A program made the translations under genes and the position numbers. A DNA stretch of 64,000 nucleotides, from assembly GCA_030754035.1 (NCBI GenBank), contig JASMBC010000001.1, positions 117,650 through 181,649 of the forward strand. Direction: 5' to 3'. Shown piece after piece: positions 50,897-60,179 of the stretch. The notes beneath the pieces were generated by a model. That model had not been told where the DNA came from. It made no database searches and saw only the letters and a program-made list of their open reading frames with translations. Origin of the DNA: Arenicellales bacterium. Lineage in GTDB: Bacteria > Pseudomonadota > Gammaproteobacteria > Arenicellales > UBA868. Position 1 is the first letter of the stretch. The number at the start of each line of letters is the position of its first letter.

Positions 50897-52184
50897 AGCG
50901 CAGATCGAATCGTTCACCCATGACGGGCGTGGGGTGGCGCGAGTCGATAACAAGGTCTGGTTCATCGAAGGAGCGCTGCCCGGTGAGCAAGTTAGTTTTT
51001 GCCAATCCGGTAAACGTCGGTCCTTCAACCACGGTGTGCTGCAGAAGGTTATTCACCCAGCTGCAGATCGTGTTGTGCCGCAGTGCCCCGTTTTTGGGAT
51101 CTGTGGTGGTTGTGCCCTACAGCATGTGAACCTTGTCGGGCAGGTGCGCCTTAAACAGCAGTTTCTGGTAGAGCAGTTGGCCAGGGCTGGCGTGCTGTCC
51201 GAGGCGAAGTTGGCCAAACCGATCACTGGTCCCGGTTGGGCATACCGGCGCAAGGCACGCCTAGGTGTTCGCCTGGTACCGAAAAAAGGCGGTATTTTGG
51301 TTGGTTTTAGGGAGCGCCACAAAAGTTACATTACGCCGCTCGATACCTGCTTGGTCCTGGACCAGTCGGTGGCGTCACTGTTACCCGGGCTACCGGCTCT
51401 TGTCGAGTCATTAAGTTGCCCGAGTCGGCTGCCGCAGATCGAGGTAGCGGTGGGGGATGGAGGGCGGGTTGCGCTGGTATTTCGTACCCTCGAGCCTTTA
51501 CTGAAAAATGATCTCCTTCGCCTAACCGACTATGGGCGGGTCAAGGACGTAGCCGTGTACTGCCAATTCGCAGGACCGGATTCGATCAATTGCCTACACT
51601 CGCCCGATCCGCCTGTTTTGCATTACGATCTCGAAGCGGGCGAATTGCGTCTTGAATTTCGACCAACCGATTTCGTTCAAGTCAATTCATTCGTGAATCA
51701 GTCGTTGATCGCCGCCACCCTAGATGGCCTAGAACTTAGCCCCGGGAATAAAGTGTTGGATCTGTTTTGCGGTATCGGGAACTTCTCACTGCCGTTGGCA
51801 ACTCGAGTCGACTCAGTATTGGGAGTCGAGATCGAACCGCGAATGATTGCGCAGGCCCGCGCGAATGTTGCGCTTAATCGTATCGAAAATGTCGAGTTTG
51901 AGTGCAGGGACCTTTACGGCGCGGAACTAGCCGGCTGGCGCCCGGGATCATTTAGTCACTTGTTGCTGGACCCGCCGCGCAGTGGTGCGCTGGAAGTGGT
52001 CAAGTCGCTGGTGCCAGAACTGGTCCCTTTAAAAATAGCCTACGTGTCCTGCAATCCGGCAACTCTGGCTCGAGATGCGGCGATATTGGTTGATCGCGGC
52101 TACCAGGTCGAGTCTGTGCAGGTAGTGGACATGTTTCCCCAGACCGCACACATCGAATCACTCTTGCTGCTCGGCCGTAAATGA
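50862..52184 (+). CDS. rlmD: 23S rRNA (uracil1939-C5)-methyltransferase
   Basis: It has an N-terminal TRAM region (HDGRGVARV), a Cys cluster (CPVFGICGGCALQH), the SAM motif DLFCGIGNFSLPLA and the catalytic Cys in YVSCNPATLARD. The start is uncertain: TTG 50862 or TTG 50883. Confidence 0.85.
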   Translation: MVGPKQSLQPIEAQIESFTHDGRGVARVDNKVWFIEGALPGEQVSFCQSGKRRSFNHGVLQKVIHPAADRVVPQCPVFGICGGCALQHVNLVGQVRLKQQFLVEQLARAGVLSEAKLAKPITGPGWAYRRKARLGVRLVPKKGGILVGFRERHKSYITPLDTCLVLDQSVASLLPGLPALVESLSCPSRLPQIEVAVGDGGRVALVFRTLEPLLKNDLLRLTDYGRVKDVAVYCQFAGPDSINCLHSPDPPVLHYDLEAGELRLEFRPTDFVQVNSFVNQSLIAATLDGLELSPGNKVLDLFCGIGNFSLPLATRVDSVLGVEIEPRMIAQARANVALNRIENVEFECRDLYGAELAGWRPGSFSHLLLDPPRSGALEVVKSLVPELVPLKIAYVSCNPATLARDAAILVDRGYQVESVQVVDMFPQTAHIESLLLLGRK

Positions 52185-52227
52185 GACGGCCGACCCCACG
52201 ATCCACGCGTACCGGTATCGTGGGCTC

Positions 52228-54267
52228 TCAGCCCTCAGTGCCGGTCTTGCCCGTAGTCTGAGGCGTCGACTCATGGGTAGTCGAGCGCTCAGACCGGCGA
52301 GACGACGGCGGGCGACGGGGGCTGCGGTCGCTACCACCACGCACCTGGCGGCCACGACCGCGACTGCGGCTACGCCGCCGAGTTGGGCCCTGGTCTGTTT
52401 TTTCCTGACCGCTTGTTTCGCCACCTTGCGCCGGGCGAGCTCGTTCTTGGTCGCGATTTACGGTCGGTCGGCTACCCGAACGACGGCCGCTACTGCGGCG
52501 CGATCGGTTTGGGTGGGCACTGGTTGATTGTTTTGGGTTCTTTCTGGCGGCAGGCTCCACGCTCGTTGGGAAACCGGCGATACTGCGCCACAGGCGGGCC
52601 AGCAACCCAGGTTTATCGACATCCTGGGCCAGAGTTTGTGGCGGCGGAGGTGGGGGCGGCGTGGTATCAATTTGGTCGATATTGACCGCCGCTCGGCGTG
52701 TCCGCGAAGCCACAGTGTATTGCACTTCGCTACTTTCCGCTGGCGTAATACGAATTGTGTGGCTAGGTAGGTCACCGGATGCGTCGATATCCTCACTGCG
52801 CAATCGTTGAATGTTGGATTGTGATCCCTGTAGTTGAGGAGTTGGGATTAGCACGACTCGGGATCCCAGCCTGGCCTCGAGTAGGTTAACCTCGTGGCGT
52901 TTCTCGTTTAACAGATAGGTAGCGATATCAACTGGTAGTTCTGCAAAGACCGCTTCAGTATTTTCTTTGATAGCCTCTTCTTCGAGAATCCTTAGGAAGC
53001 TTAAAGCCGAGGAGGAAACGTTACGCACACTGCCAGTGCCGTCACATAATTTGCAAGCGCTATAATTCGACTCGCTAATCGACGAACGCAAACGCTGGCG
53101 GGATAGTTCCAACAGGCCGAAGCGGGATATAGAGCCCAACTGAATTCGCGCACGATCATTCTTGACTGCTTCGACCAGCCTGTTCTCCACAGTATTCTTG
53201 TTGCGGCTTGAAGTCATATCGATCAAGTCGATGACGATCAGGCCGCCGAGATCGCGGATTCGCATTTGCCGGGCCAATTCGTCCGCAGCTTCAAGGTTGG
53301 TTTGTAACGCGGTCTCTTCTATGTCTGAGCCCTTGGTGGCTTTTGCCGAGTTGACGTCTACACTGATTAGTGCCTCGGTATGGTCTATTACCAGTGCGCC
53401 GCCGGAGGTCAATTTCACGGTCCTCGAGAAGGCATTTTCGATCTGGTGTTCAACCTGAAAACGGGAAAACAACGGCACAGAGTCCTGGTAGTGTTTGAGC
53501 TTGACCAAGTTATGTGGCATTACCTGGTTCATAAAGCGGCTGGCGCGTTCGAAGATGTCAACTTCATCAATAAGGATTTCCTGGATATCGCTTTTTAGGT
53601 AATCGCGCAGGGTTCTGACAATCAGATTACTCTCCTGATAGACCAGAAAAGGTGACTGAGCCTCTGTTGACGCTGACTCAATAGCTTTCCACAGTTGCAT
53701 GAGGAAGTCCAAATCCCACTGCAATTCCTCGCTGGATTTGCCAATCCCAGCCGTGCGGACGATCAGTGAGTGCTCTGTGGGAACAGCAAGGTCTGCTAAT
53801 GCATCACGCAGCTCGCTTCGCTCATCGCCGGCAATCCGGCGGGATATACCGCCGCCCTTGGGGTTGTGCGGCATCAACACCAAATACCGGCCAGCCAGGC
53901 TGATGAAGGTCGTAAGTGCGGCACCCTTGCTGCCTCGTTCTTCTTTTTCCACCTGCACCAGTAATTCCTGGCCTTCTTCGATGACATCTTTGATACGGAC
54001 CTGTGCCATTGGGGTGGCCGGGGAAAAATTACGGAAAAACGCTCGGGATATCTCCTTGAGCGGAAGAAATCCCTGGCGCTCGGCGCCATAATCAACGAAC
54101 GCAGCTTCTAGGCTAGGCTCAATCCGGGTCACGACGCCCTTATATATATTGCCTTTGCGCTGCGTTCGAACCGCAGATTCGATATCCAGGTCCAGCAGTT
54201 TTTGTCCATCGACGATCGCAACCCGCAGTTCCTCCGGGTGCGTCGCGTTAAATAGCATTCTTTTCAT
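52228..54267 (-). CDS. rne: ribonuclease E (short form, Arg-rich C-terminal tail)
   Basis: The N-terminus reads MKRMLFNATHPEELRVAIVDGQKLLDLDIE, followed by an S1 domain and catalytic core. The C-terminus has a PPPPPPP run and RS/RG-rich segments. I chose ATG 54267. Confidence 0.93.
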   Translation of the reverse strand: MKRMLFNATHPEELRVAIVDGQKLLDLDIESAVRTQRKGNIYKGVVTRIEPSLEAAFVDYGAERQGFLPLKEISRAFFRNFSPATPMAQVRIKDVIEEGQELLVQVEKEERGSKGAALTTFISLAGRYLVLMPHNPKGGGISRRIAGDERSELRDALADLAVPTEHSLIVRTAGIGKSSEELQWDLDFLMQLWKAIESASTEAQSPFLVYQESNLIVRTLRDYLKSDIQEILIDEVDIFERASRFMNQVMPHNLVKLKHYQDSVPLFSRFQVEHQIENAFSRTVKLTSGGALVIDHTEALISVDVNSAKATKGSDIEETALQTNLEAADELARQMRIRDLGGLIVIDLIDMTSSRNKNTVENRLVEAVKNDRARIQLGSISRFGLLELSRQRLRSSISESNYSACKLCDGTGSVRNVSSSALSFLRILEEEAIKENTEAVFAELPVDIATYLLNEKRHEVNLLEARLGSRVVLIPTPQLQGSQSNIQRLRSEDIDASGDLPSHTIRITPAESSEVQYTVASRTRRAAVNIDQIDTTPPPPPPPQTLAQDVDKPGLLARLWRSIAGFPTSVEPAARKNPKQSTSAHPNRSRRSSGRRSGSRPTVNRDQERARPAQGGETSGQEKTDQGPTRRRSRSRGRGRQVRGGSDRSPRRPPSSRRSERSTTHESTPQTTGKTGTEG

Positions 54268-54887
54268 TTTCTCACTCACTGCCCCGACGATGCGGGGGCC
54301 CTGTAGGGCTTTCGCCGCGCCGATCGCCAGGAACGTTTAACGATTAGCCTGTGACGCCATTACAAACACGTGTAAGTGCCAGGCCACAGATGGCCAGCAA
54401 AGCGGGGCAGAAGAATGAAGGGTACCGGAGGAGTTCAGTGAGTTGCAGACAAACCACGGACAATAAGCCGACGGCAGCAAGACAGCGCTGCGCGCCTATC
54501 GTATCTAGCCATCATCCGTGAATTGCAACCGCTGCCTATCACAGCCTGATAATCCTTTTTTGTGCGGTGCGTCTGTCCGGCGCCGCCCTTTAATCGGTTC
54601 TAATTGCGCACTGCAAACGACAGGCGCAGATATCCTTTCTTCAGCCCGCACGGGACAGGTCGAACTCTGTCTCACCGCGCTGCTTCGTCATGGCACCTTA
54701 AGCCGGGTATGATTACGGACCCTGGCCGTGCAATATCTTTATTATCCCGGCCATTTTCGTGGGCCCGGCGCTAACGGTCAAAGTGCGTATCGCACCCGAT
54801 CCTGCTCCGGCTGACACTTACTGGTTTCTGTTTTCACAGGCGCCAGGCTGAAGTGTAACAAGTCCACTTCGGTTTTTCAAAGAGATA

Positions 54888-55850
54888 ATGACACAAAGCG
54901 CTAATTCAAGTGAATCGAGCAAGCGTGGAGCTCGCACGGAAACTGTGCGCGAGTCAGAAACTGGCCAGCGCCTCGACAATTATTTGCTTAAACACCTAAA
55001 AGGTGTTCCCAAAAGCCACATCTATCGCATTATTCGCGATGGCCAGGTGCGGTTGAACCGTGGCCGGAGCCGCCCGGCGACCAGGGTTAAGGCTGGTGAC
55101 AATGTCCGAATTCCACCTTTGCGACTACCCCAGCCCCGTGCGCTGAATCATGCCAAAATACTATTGCGGCTGAGTGAGAGCATCTTGTTCGAAGACGATT
55201 ACCTGCTTGTACTTAATAAGCCTGGTGGCTTATCCGTACATGGCGGTTCTGGCACCGTTTCGGGCATCATTGAAGCACTGCGTAGCGAAAGGGACACCTA
55301 CCTGGAGCTGGTTCATCGGCTGGACAAGGAGACCTCCGGCTGCTTATTGCTAGCAAAGCAGGCAAATGTGCTGAAGACTTTACATCGGCAGATGCGAGAG
55401 CCGGGGCCGAAGCCTACAATCGAGAAGATTTATATCGCGTTGCTGGTAGGTCGGTGGCGAGGGGGTAAACGATCGTTATGCCAGCCATTGGAGACGATTC
55501 GGGACCGGAGTCGCCAGAAACGCTCGACCATCAATCCACAGGGCCGGACTGCGCTCAGCCTGTTCGCACCGATTGCACGGTATCCCGCGCATACACTGGT
55601 GTCTGTACAGTTGTTAACTGGCCGGCTGCACCAGATTCGGGTGCATGCCGCGGGATCTGGCTATCCGGTGGCTGGCGATCGGATTTACGGCAACAAAGAG
55701 AATAATCGTGTATTGCGCGGGCTCGGCTTGCGGCGTCAATTCCTTCATGCATCGCGCCTGGCGCTGATCCACCCAGTGGCAGGAAGGCGCCTTCAGTTCG
55801 AAGCGCCATTGCCACAGGAACTTGCCGCATTACTGAAGAAAATACAATAA
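54888..55850 (+). CDS. rluC: 23S rRNA pseudouridine synthase C
   Basis: It has an S4 domain and the RluA-family catalytic motif HRLDKETSGCLLLAK. It is divergent from rne, as in E. coli. Confidence 0.9.
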   Translation: MTQSANSSESSKRGARTETVRESETGQRLDNYLLKHLKGVPKSHIYRIIRDGQVRLNRGRSRPATRVKAGDNVRIPPLRLPQPRALNHAKILLRLSESILFEDDYLLVLNKPGGLSVHGGSGTVSGIIEALRSERDTYLELVHRLDKETSGCLLLAKQANVLKTLHRQMREPGPKPTIEKIYIALLVGRWRGGKRSLCQPLETIRDRSRQKRSTINPQGRTALSLFAPIARYPAHTLVSVQLLTGRLHQIRVHAAGSGYPVAGDRIYGNKENNRVLRGLGLRRQFLHASRLALIHPVAGRRLQFEAPLPQELAALLKKIQ

Positions 55851-55896
55851 ACTGAAGCAGGTAAGTACTCTGGGTGGCAAGATGATTGGACACCGA

Positions 55897-56502
55897 TTAC
55901 CGATTGGGAATCACGGCCACACCCTCGAGTTCCAGCATTGCCACCAGCCGGATCAGCGGCAGTCCCAGCAACGCACTGGGGTCATCCCCGGACAGTGATT
56001 CCAGCAGCGCAATACCGAGACCATCAGCCCGCAGACTGCCGCAGCAGTCGTAGGGCTGCTCAGCGTCGAGGTAACGTTCAATTAGGTCCTGGGTCAGCGG
56101 TTTAAAGCGAACTCGGAAGGAAACGCAGTCGCTTTGCAGGTTGCCGGTAGCACTGTTAAAGAGCGCAACACCGGTTTGCAGTAAGACCTCTCGCTCGGAG
56201 GCATCCAACAATTGCGCAATCGCAGCGGCACGATCAGCCGGTTTGCCAACGATACGGTCGCCGTGCACGGCAACTTGGTCCGATCCGATCGACAACGCAC
56301 CGGGCGCATGCTGGGCGCCGGCTTGCGCTTTTGCCACCGACAGCCGCTGAACCAGCGATTGTGCGTCTTCTCCTGATTGATGGGCCTCATCGACCCCTGG
56401 CTTAACGACCCGGAAAGGTAGGCCCAACTGCCGCAGCAGAGCACAGCGAAACGGCGATGATGAGGCCAGCACCAGTTCCGGTAAAGGAGTAATTTTTGAC
56501 AC
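55897..56502 (-). CDS. maf: Maf-family nucleoside triphosphate pyrophosphatase (YceF-type position)
   Basis: It has LVLASSSPFRCALLRQLGL and is colinear with Maf. It uses a GTG start with a GGAGG SD. Confidence 0.85.
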   Translation of the reverse strand: MSKITPLPELVLASSSPFRCALLRQLGLPFRVVKPGVDEAHQSGEDAQSLVQRLSVAKAQAGAQHAPGALSIGSDQVAVHGDRIVGKPADRAAAIAQLLDASEREVLLQTGVALFNSATGNLQSDCVSFRVRFKPLTQDLIERYLDAEQPYDCCGSLRADGLGIALLESLSGDDPSALLGLPLIRLVAMLELEGVAVIPNR

Positions 56503-56627
56503 GTAAACCTCCGCGCAATAAAATTCGCTGGTCGCGTGGCCGCAGCCCGGCTACAACGCAATGCTGTACCCCGTATTCGCGGGCGCCGGTAACGAGCCGG
56601 CGTATATTCTAGGGCAAGAGACAGGAT

Positions 56628-56813
56628 ATGGCCGTACAAAAGAACCGGACGACTCCCTCAAAGCGCGGAATGCGGCGCTCCCATGATAGTTTGGGCAAAC
56701 CGACGCTCTCGACAGATCCCGTGTCAGGGGAGCTACACCGGCGTCACCAAGTGACGGCAGACGGTTACTACCGGGGCCGCAAAGTCATCAACGAGAAGGA
56801 AGAGTTGGAATAG
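56628..56813 (+). CDS. rpmF: 50S ribosomal protein L32
   Basis: Starts [20 protein letters not shown] and is 61 aa. Confidence 0.95.
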   Translation: MAVQKNRTTPSKRGMRRSHDSLGKPTLSTDPVSGELHRRHQVTADGYYRGRKVINEKEELE

Positions 56814-56874
56814 ACCGGGGCTGCGGCGGCGCGCCCGGGTCAAACCATCCCGTGACGCCAAAGGTCCAAGTACC

Positions 56875-57885
56875 GTGACCGTTACCCTGGCGGTCGATAT
56901 GATGGGCGGCGACAAAGGGCTTGCCGTCACCGCGCCTGGCATCCGCCGGGCGCTTCAAAACTATTCCAACCTGCATTGCCTGTTGGTTGGCCGCCAGACA
57001 GACATCGTATCACTGCTAGGTGACCTCAGTGGCAACCCGAACGTTGAGATTGTGCAAGCTGCCGAGGTGGTCGATATGCATGAGTCGCCGGCAACAGCGC
57101 TGCGCTCCAAGAAAAACTCCTCGATGCGCGTCGCCATCAACTTGGTTGCCGAGGGCCGTGCTGACGCTTGTGTTAGCGCCGGCAATACCGGGGCCTTGAT
57201 GGCGACAGCCCGTTTTGTACTGAGGATGTTACCAGGTGTCGATCGACCCGCAATCATCAGCGCGTTGCCACGGGCCGACAGCCACGTACATATGCTGGAC
57301 CTTGGCGCTAACGTTGATAGTTCCCCTGAGATTCTGTTGCAATTCGGGCTGATGGCCGTAAGCATGGTTCGTTCGTTGGAGCACGTCCAACAGCCCACCA
57401 TCGGCTTACTCAACGTAGGCAGTGAAGATATCAAGGGCAGCGAGATAATCAAGCGAGCCGCTGATCTTTTTAAAGCCAGCGAGATCAACTACGTCGGATA
57501 TGTGGAAGGCGACGATATTTTTCAAGGTGAAGTAGATATTATCGTCTGCGACGGATTCGCTGGAAACGTTGCCCTGAAAACCAGTGAGGGCTTGGCGCAA
57601 ATGCTCGTGAAGGTTATGCGTGAGGAGTACACACGAAATTTGTGGACGCGCTTGGCTGCGTTTCTGTCAATTCCGGTATTGCGATCGTTTCGAGCGCGAG
57701 TCGATCATCGGCGCTACAACGGCGCGGTCTTACTGGGGTTAAACGGCACAGTAGTCAAGAGTCATGGTGGAGCCGATAGCTTTGCATTTTCCCATGCGAT
57801 AGAAGTTGCTCGCGAAGCGGTGGAAAACAAACTGCTACAACGCCTTCGTGCAGATTTTTCGGGCTCCGAGACAGGTAAGGTGTAA
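56875..57885 (+). CDS. plsX: phosphate acyltransferase
   Basis: It has the N-terminus VTLAVDMMGGDKG and is colinear with PlsX. It uses a GTG start. Confidence 0.93.
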   Translation: MTVTLAVDMMGGDKGLAVTAPGIRRALQNYSNLHCLLVGRQTDIVSLLGDLSGNPNVEIVQAAEVVDMHESPATALRSKKNSSMRVAINLVAEGRADACVSAGNTGALMATARFVLRMLPGVDRPAIISALPRADSHVHMLDLGANVDSSPEILLQFGLMAVSMVRSLEHVQQPTIGLLNVGSEDIKGSEIIKRAADLFKASEINYVGYVEGDDIFQGEVDIIVCDGFAGNVALKTSEGLAQMLVKVMREEYTRNLWTRLAAFLSIPVLRSFRARVDHRRYNGAVLLGLNGTVVKSHGGADSFAFSHAIEVAREAVENKLLQRLRADFSGSETGKV

Positions 57886-57889
57886 ACCA

Positions 57890-58858
57890 GTGAGTTACGC
57901 GCGCATTACCGGTACCGGCGGATACCTGCCCAAGAAAGTTCTAAAAAATAAGGACTTGGAGAGCCTGCTCGACACTACCGATGAGTGGATTTATACCCGT
58001 ACTGGAATCCGGCAGCGACATATTGCGGCGGACAATGAATTCACCTGTGACCTGGCCGAACAGGCCGCACGGATCGCCCTCGACGCCGCCCAGCGAACGC
58101 CCGACGAGGTGGATCTTATTGTGGTCGCAACCACAACGCCAGATCAGGTCTTTCCCAGCACCGCCTGTCTGTTGCAAGAGCGTCTGGGAATACATGGTTG
58201 TCCGGCATTCGACGTCCAGGCTGTGTGTGCTGGCTTTATCTACGCCATGGATGTAGCGCAGCGGTATATTCAGACTGGGGCTAGCCGCTGTGCGTTAGTT
58301 GTTGGGGCAGAGACTTTTTCGAGGATTCTGGACTGGTCAGACCGTTCTACTTGTGTGCTGTTCGGTGACGGCGCTGGTGCTATGGTGCTCGAGTCAAGCA
58401 GCGAACCAGGTATCTTATCGAGCCATCTTCATGCCGATGGCGCCTACAAGGACCTACTCTGTGTTCCCGTTGGCGTCTCAACCGCCTATCGGGAATTGCT
58501 GAACGGTCAAGCCTACACCGAAATGCAAGGCCGGGAAGTCTTCAAGTGGGCGGTGAGTGCGCTCGGTGATGCGGTGATGGAGGCGGTGAAAGCCAATGGA
58601 TTATCTTGCCTCGATATTGACTGGCTGGTACCACACCAGGCCAACATCCGAATAATCAACGCAATCGCAAGGCGCCTGGACCTCAGCATGGACAACGTGG
58701 TTGTCACTATCGGCCGACACGGCAACACATCTGCCGCATCCATCCCGCTGGCATTTGACGAGGCGGTGCGCGATGGACGGATAAAGGACGGGCAGACGAT
58801 AATCATAGAGGGTTTCGGCGGAGGGTTTACCTGGGGCAGTTTGCTTTTTAAATTCTGA
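57890..58858 (+). CDS. fabH: 3-oxoacyl-ACP synthase III
   Basis: It has ITGTGGYLP and the Cys-His-Asn triad contexts AVCAGF, VPHQANIRI and GNTSAASI. I chose GTG 57890. Confidence 0.93.
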   Translation: MSYARITGTGGYLPKKVLKNKDLESLLDTTDEWIYTRTGIRQRHIAADNEFTCDLAEQAARIALDAAQRTPDEVDLIVVATTTPDQVFPSTACLLQERLGIHGCPAFDVQAVCAGFIYAMDVAQRYIQTGASRCALVVGAETFSRILDWSDRSTCVLFGDGAGAMVLESSSEPGILSSHLHADGAYKDLLCVPVGVSTAYRELLNGQAYTEMQGREVFKWAVSALGDAVMEAVKANGLSCLDIDWLVPHQANIRIINAIARRLDLSMDNVVVTIGRHGNTSAASIPLAFDEAVRDGRIKDGQTIIIEGFGGGFTWGSLLFKF

Positions 58859-58873
58859 CCGGAGGTGTGGCGC

Positions 58874-59626
58874 GTGAGTGACGAAGTAACTAAAAAAGTC
58901 TGTTTGGTAACCGGTGCCAGTCGGGGTATCGGCCGAGCAATTGCGCTGGCTCTTGGCCGGGATGGATACACGGTTGTTGGCACAGCGACAACCGCAGATG
59001 GTAGTAGGAAAATTGGTCATGCCCTGGAGGCTGCGGGTGTTGGCGGCCGTGGTGCAGTGCTTGATGTCGCTGATGTGGACTCAATTACCGACGTTGTCGA
59101 CTCGATTACCAAAGATATTGGTCACATCTCGGTGCTGATCAATAATGCTGGTATTACTCGGGACAACCTGCTACTAAGAATGAAGGAGAATGAGTGGGAT
59201 GAAGTCATTGAGACAGATCTAAAATCAGTCTACCGGTTAAGTAAGGCCTGTTTGCGCAATATGGCTAAGGCACGATACGGGCGGATAATTAACATTACTT
59301 CAGTGGTCGGGGCGATCGGTAACTCGGGCCAATCGAATTATGCTGCGGCCAAAGCCGGCGTCGTTGGGTTCACCCAGTCACTGGCCAGGGAAGTGGCCTC
59401 GCGGAATATTACTGTCAATGCAGTGGCCCCCGGCTTTATCCAGACCGACATGACCGCGGCATTGCCCGATGAGCAACGGACTCGGTTGTTGGCTGGCATC
59501 CCATTGGCCCGCCTGGGCCAACCAGAGGACATTGCCGCTGCTGTCTCTTTTCTTGCCTCGAAGGATGCCGCCTATATCACGGGGCAGGTATTACACGTCA
59601 ACGGCGGCATGTACTTATCTTCGTGA
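58874..59626 (+). CDS. fabG: 3-oxoacyl-ACP reductase
   Basis: SDR motifs are TGASRGIGRAIA, NNAG and YAAAKAG. GTG 58874 lies 8 nt after GGAGG. Confidence 0.95.
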   Translation: MSDEVTKKVCLVTGASRGIGRAIALALGRDGYTVVGTATTADGSRKIGHALEAAGVGGRGAVLDVADVDSITDVVDSITKDIGHISVLINNAGITRDNLLLRMKENEWDEVIETDLKSVYRLSKACLRNMAKARYGRIINITSVVGAIGNSGQSNYAAAKAGVVGFTQSLAREVASRNITVNAVAPGFIQTDMTAALPDEQRTRLLAGIPLARLGQPEDIAAAVSFLASKDAAYITGQVLHVNGGMYLSS

Positions 59627-59863
59627 AGAATATATAATAAACTACTGAAATATCGCGTTAAATTACTATATCTACATTGATGAATGTTACCCCGCTCGGG
59701 CCGAACTGAACCGGCACCAGTTACACTGGATTATTGGACTTAAGGTCTTGAATACGGTTTAATTCGCGCTCTTCCCCAAAAGTTATGGCGACTCGAATCG
59801 GGTGTCCGCGCCGCGTCGGATTCCTTGCACAGAATTTAATTGACCCAGGAGGTTTAGTATCCC

Positions 59864-60103
59864 ATGAGCAGTGTCGAAGAACGTGTCAAGAAGATAGTGG
59901 TGGAGCAACTTGGCGTAAACGAAGACCAAGTGACACCGGATGCCTCATTTGTGGATGATCTTGGGGCCGATTCGCTCGACACCGTCGAGCTCGTAATGGC
60001 GCTCGAGGAAGAATTCGATGCGGAAATTCCGGACGATGAAGCGGAGAAGATCACTACGGTCAAGCAGGCCGTGGAGTTCATCCAGGCAAATACCAGCAGC
60101 TGA
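59864..60103 (+). CDS. acpP: acyl carrier protein
   Basis: It has the phosphopantetheine site [19 protein letters not shown]. Length is 79 aa. Confidence 0.97.
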   Translation: MSSVEERVKKIVVEQLGVNEDQVTPDASFVDDLGADSLDTVELVMALEEEFDAEIPDDEAEKITTVKQAVEFIQANTSS

Positions 60104-60126
60104 CTTGCCATTTAATTAGGAATCAG

Positions 60127-60168
60127 AAGCCGCCGAGCGCAATAGCGTCCGGCGGCTTTCTTCTTCTT
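60127..60168 (+). terminator. hairpin after acpP (partial terminator before fabF)
   Basis: A 9-bp stem AAGCCGCCG/CGGCGGCTT is followed by the T-rich TCTTCTTCTT. Confidence 0.5.
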
Positions 60169-60179
60169 GGACTAAGACA

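Noticed and set aside
49553-51028. Long minus-strand ORFs (49553-50092, 50414-51028) antisense to thrC, the exonuclease gene and rlmD
   Set aside because: They are shadow ORFs opposite well-supported genes. Their composition is Arg/Pro/Ser-rich with no motifs.
52158-52796. Several overlapping ORFs on both strands in the rne 3' region (for example 52158-52424, 52273-52527, 52383-52685)
   Set aside because: They arise from the repetitive Arg/Ser/Gly/Pro-coding tail of RNase E. The alternative frames give Ala/Arg-rich artefacts.
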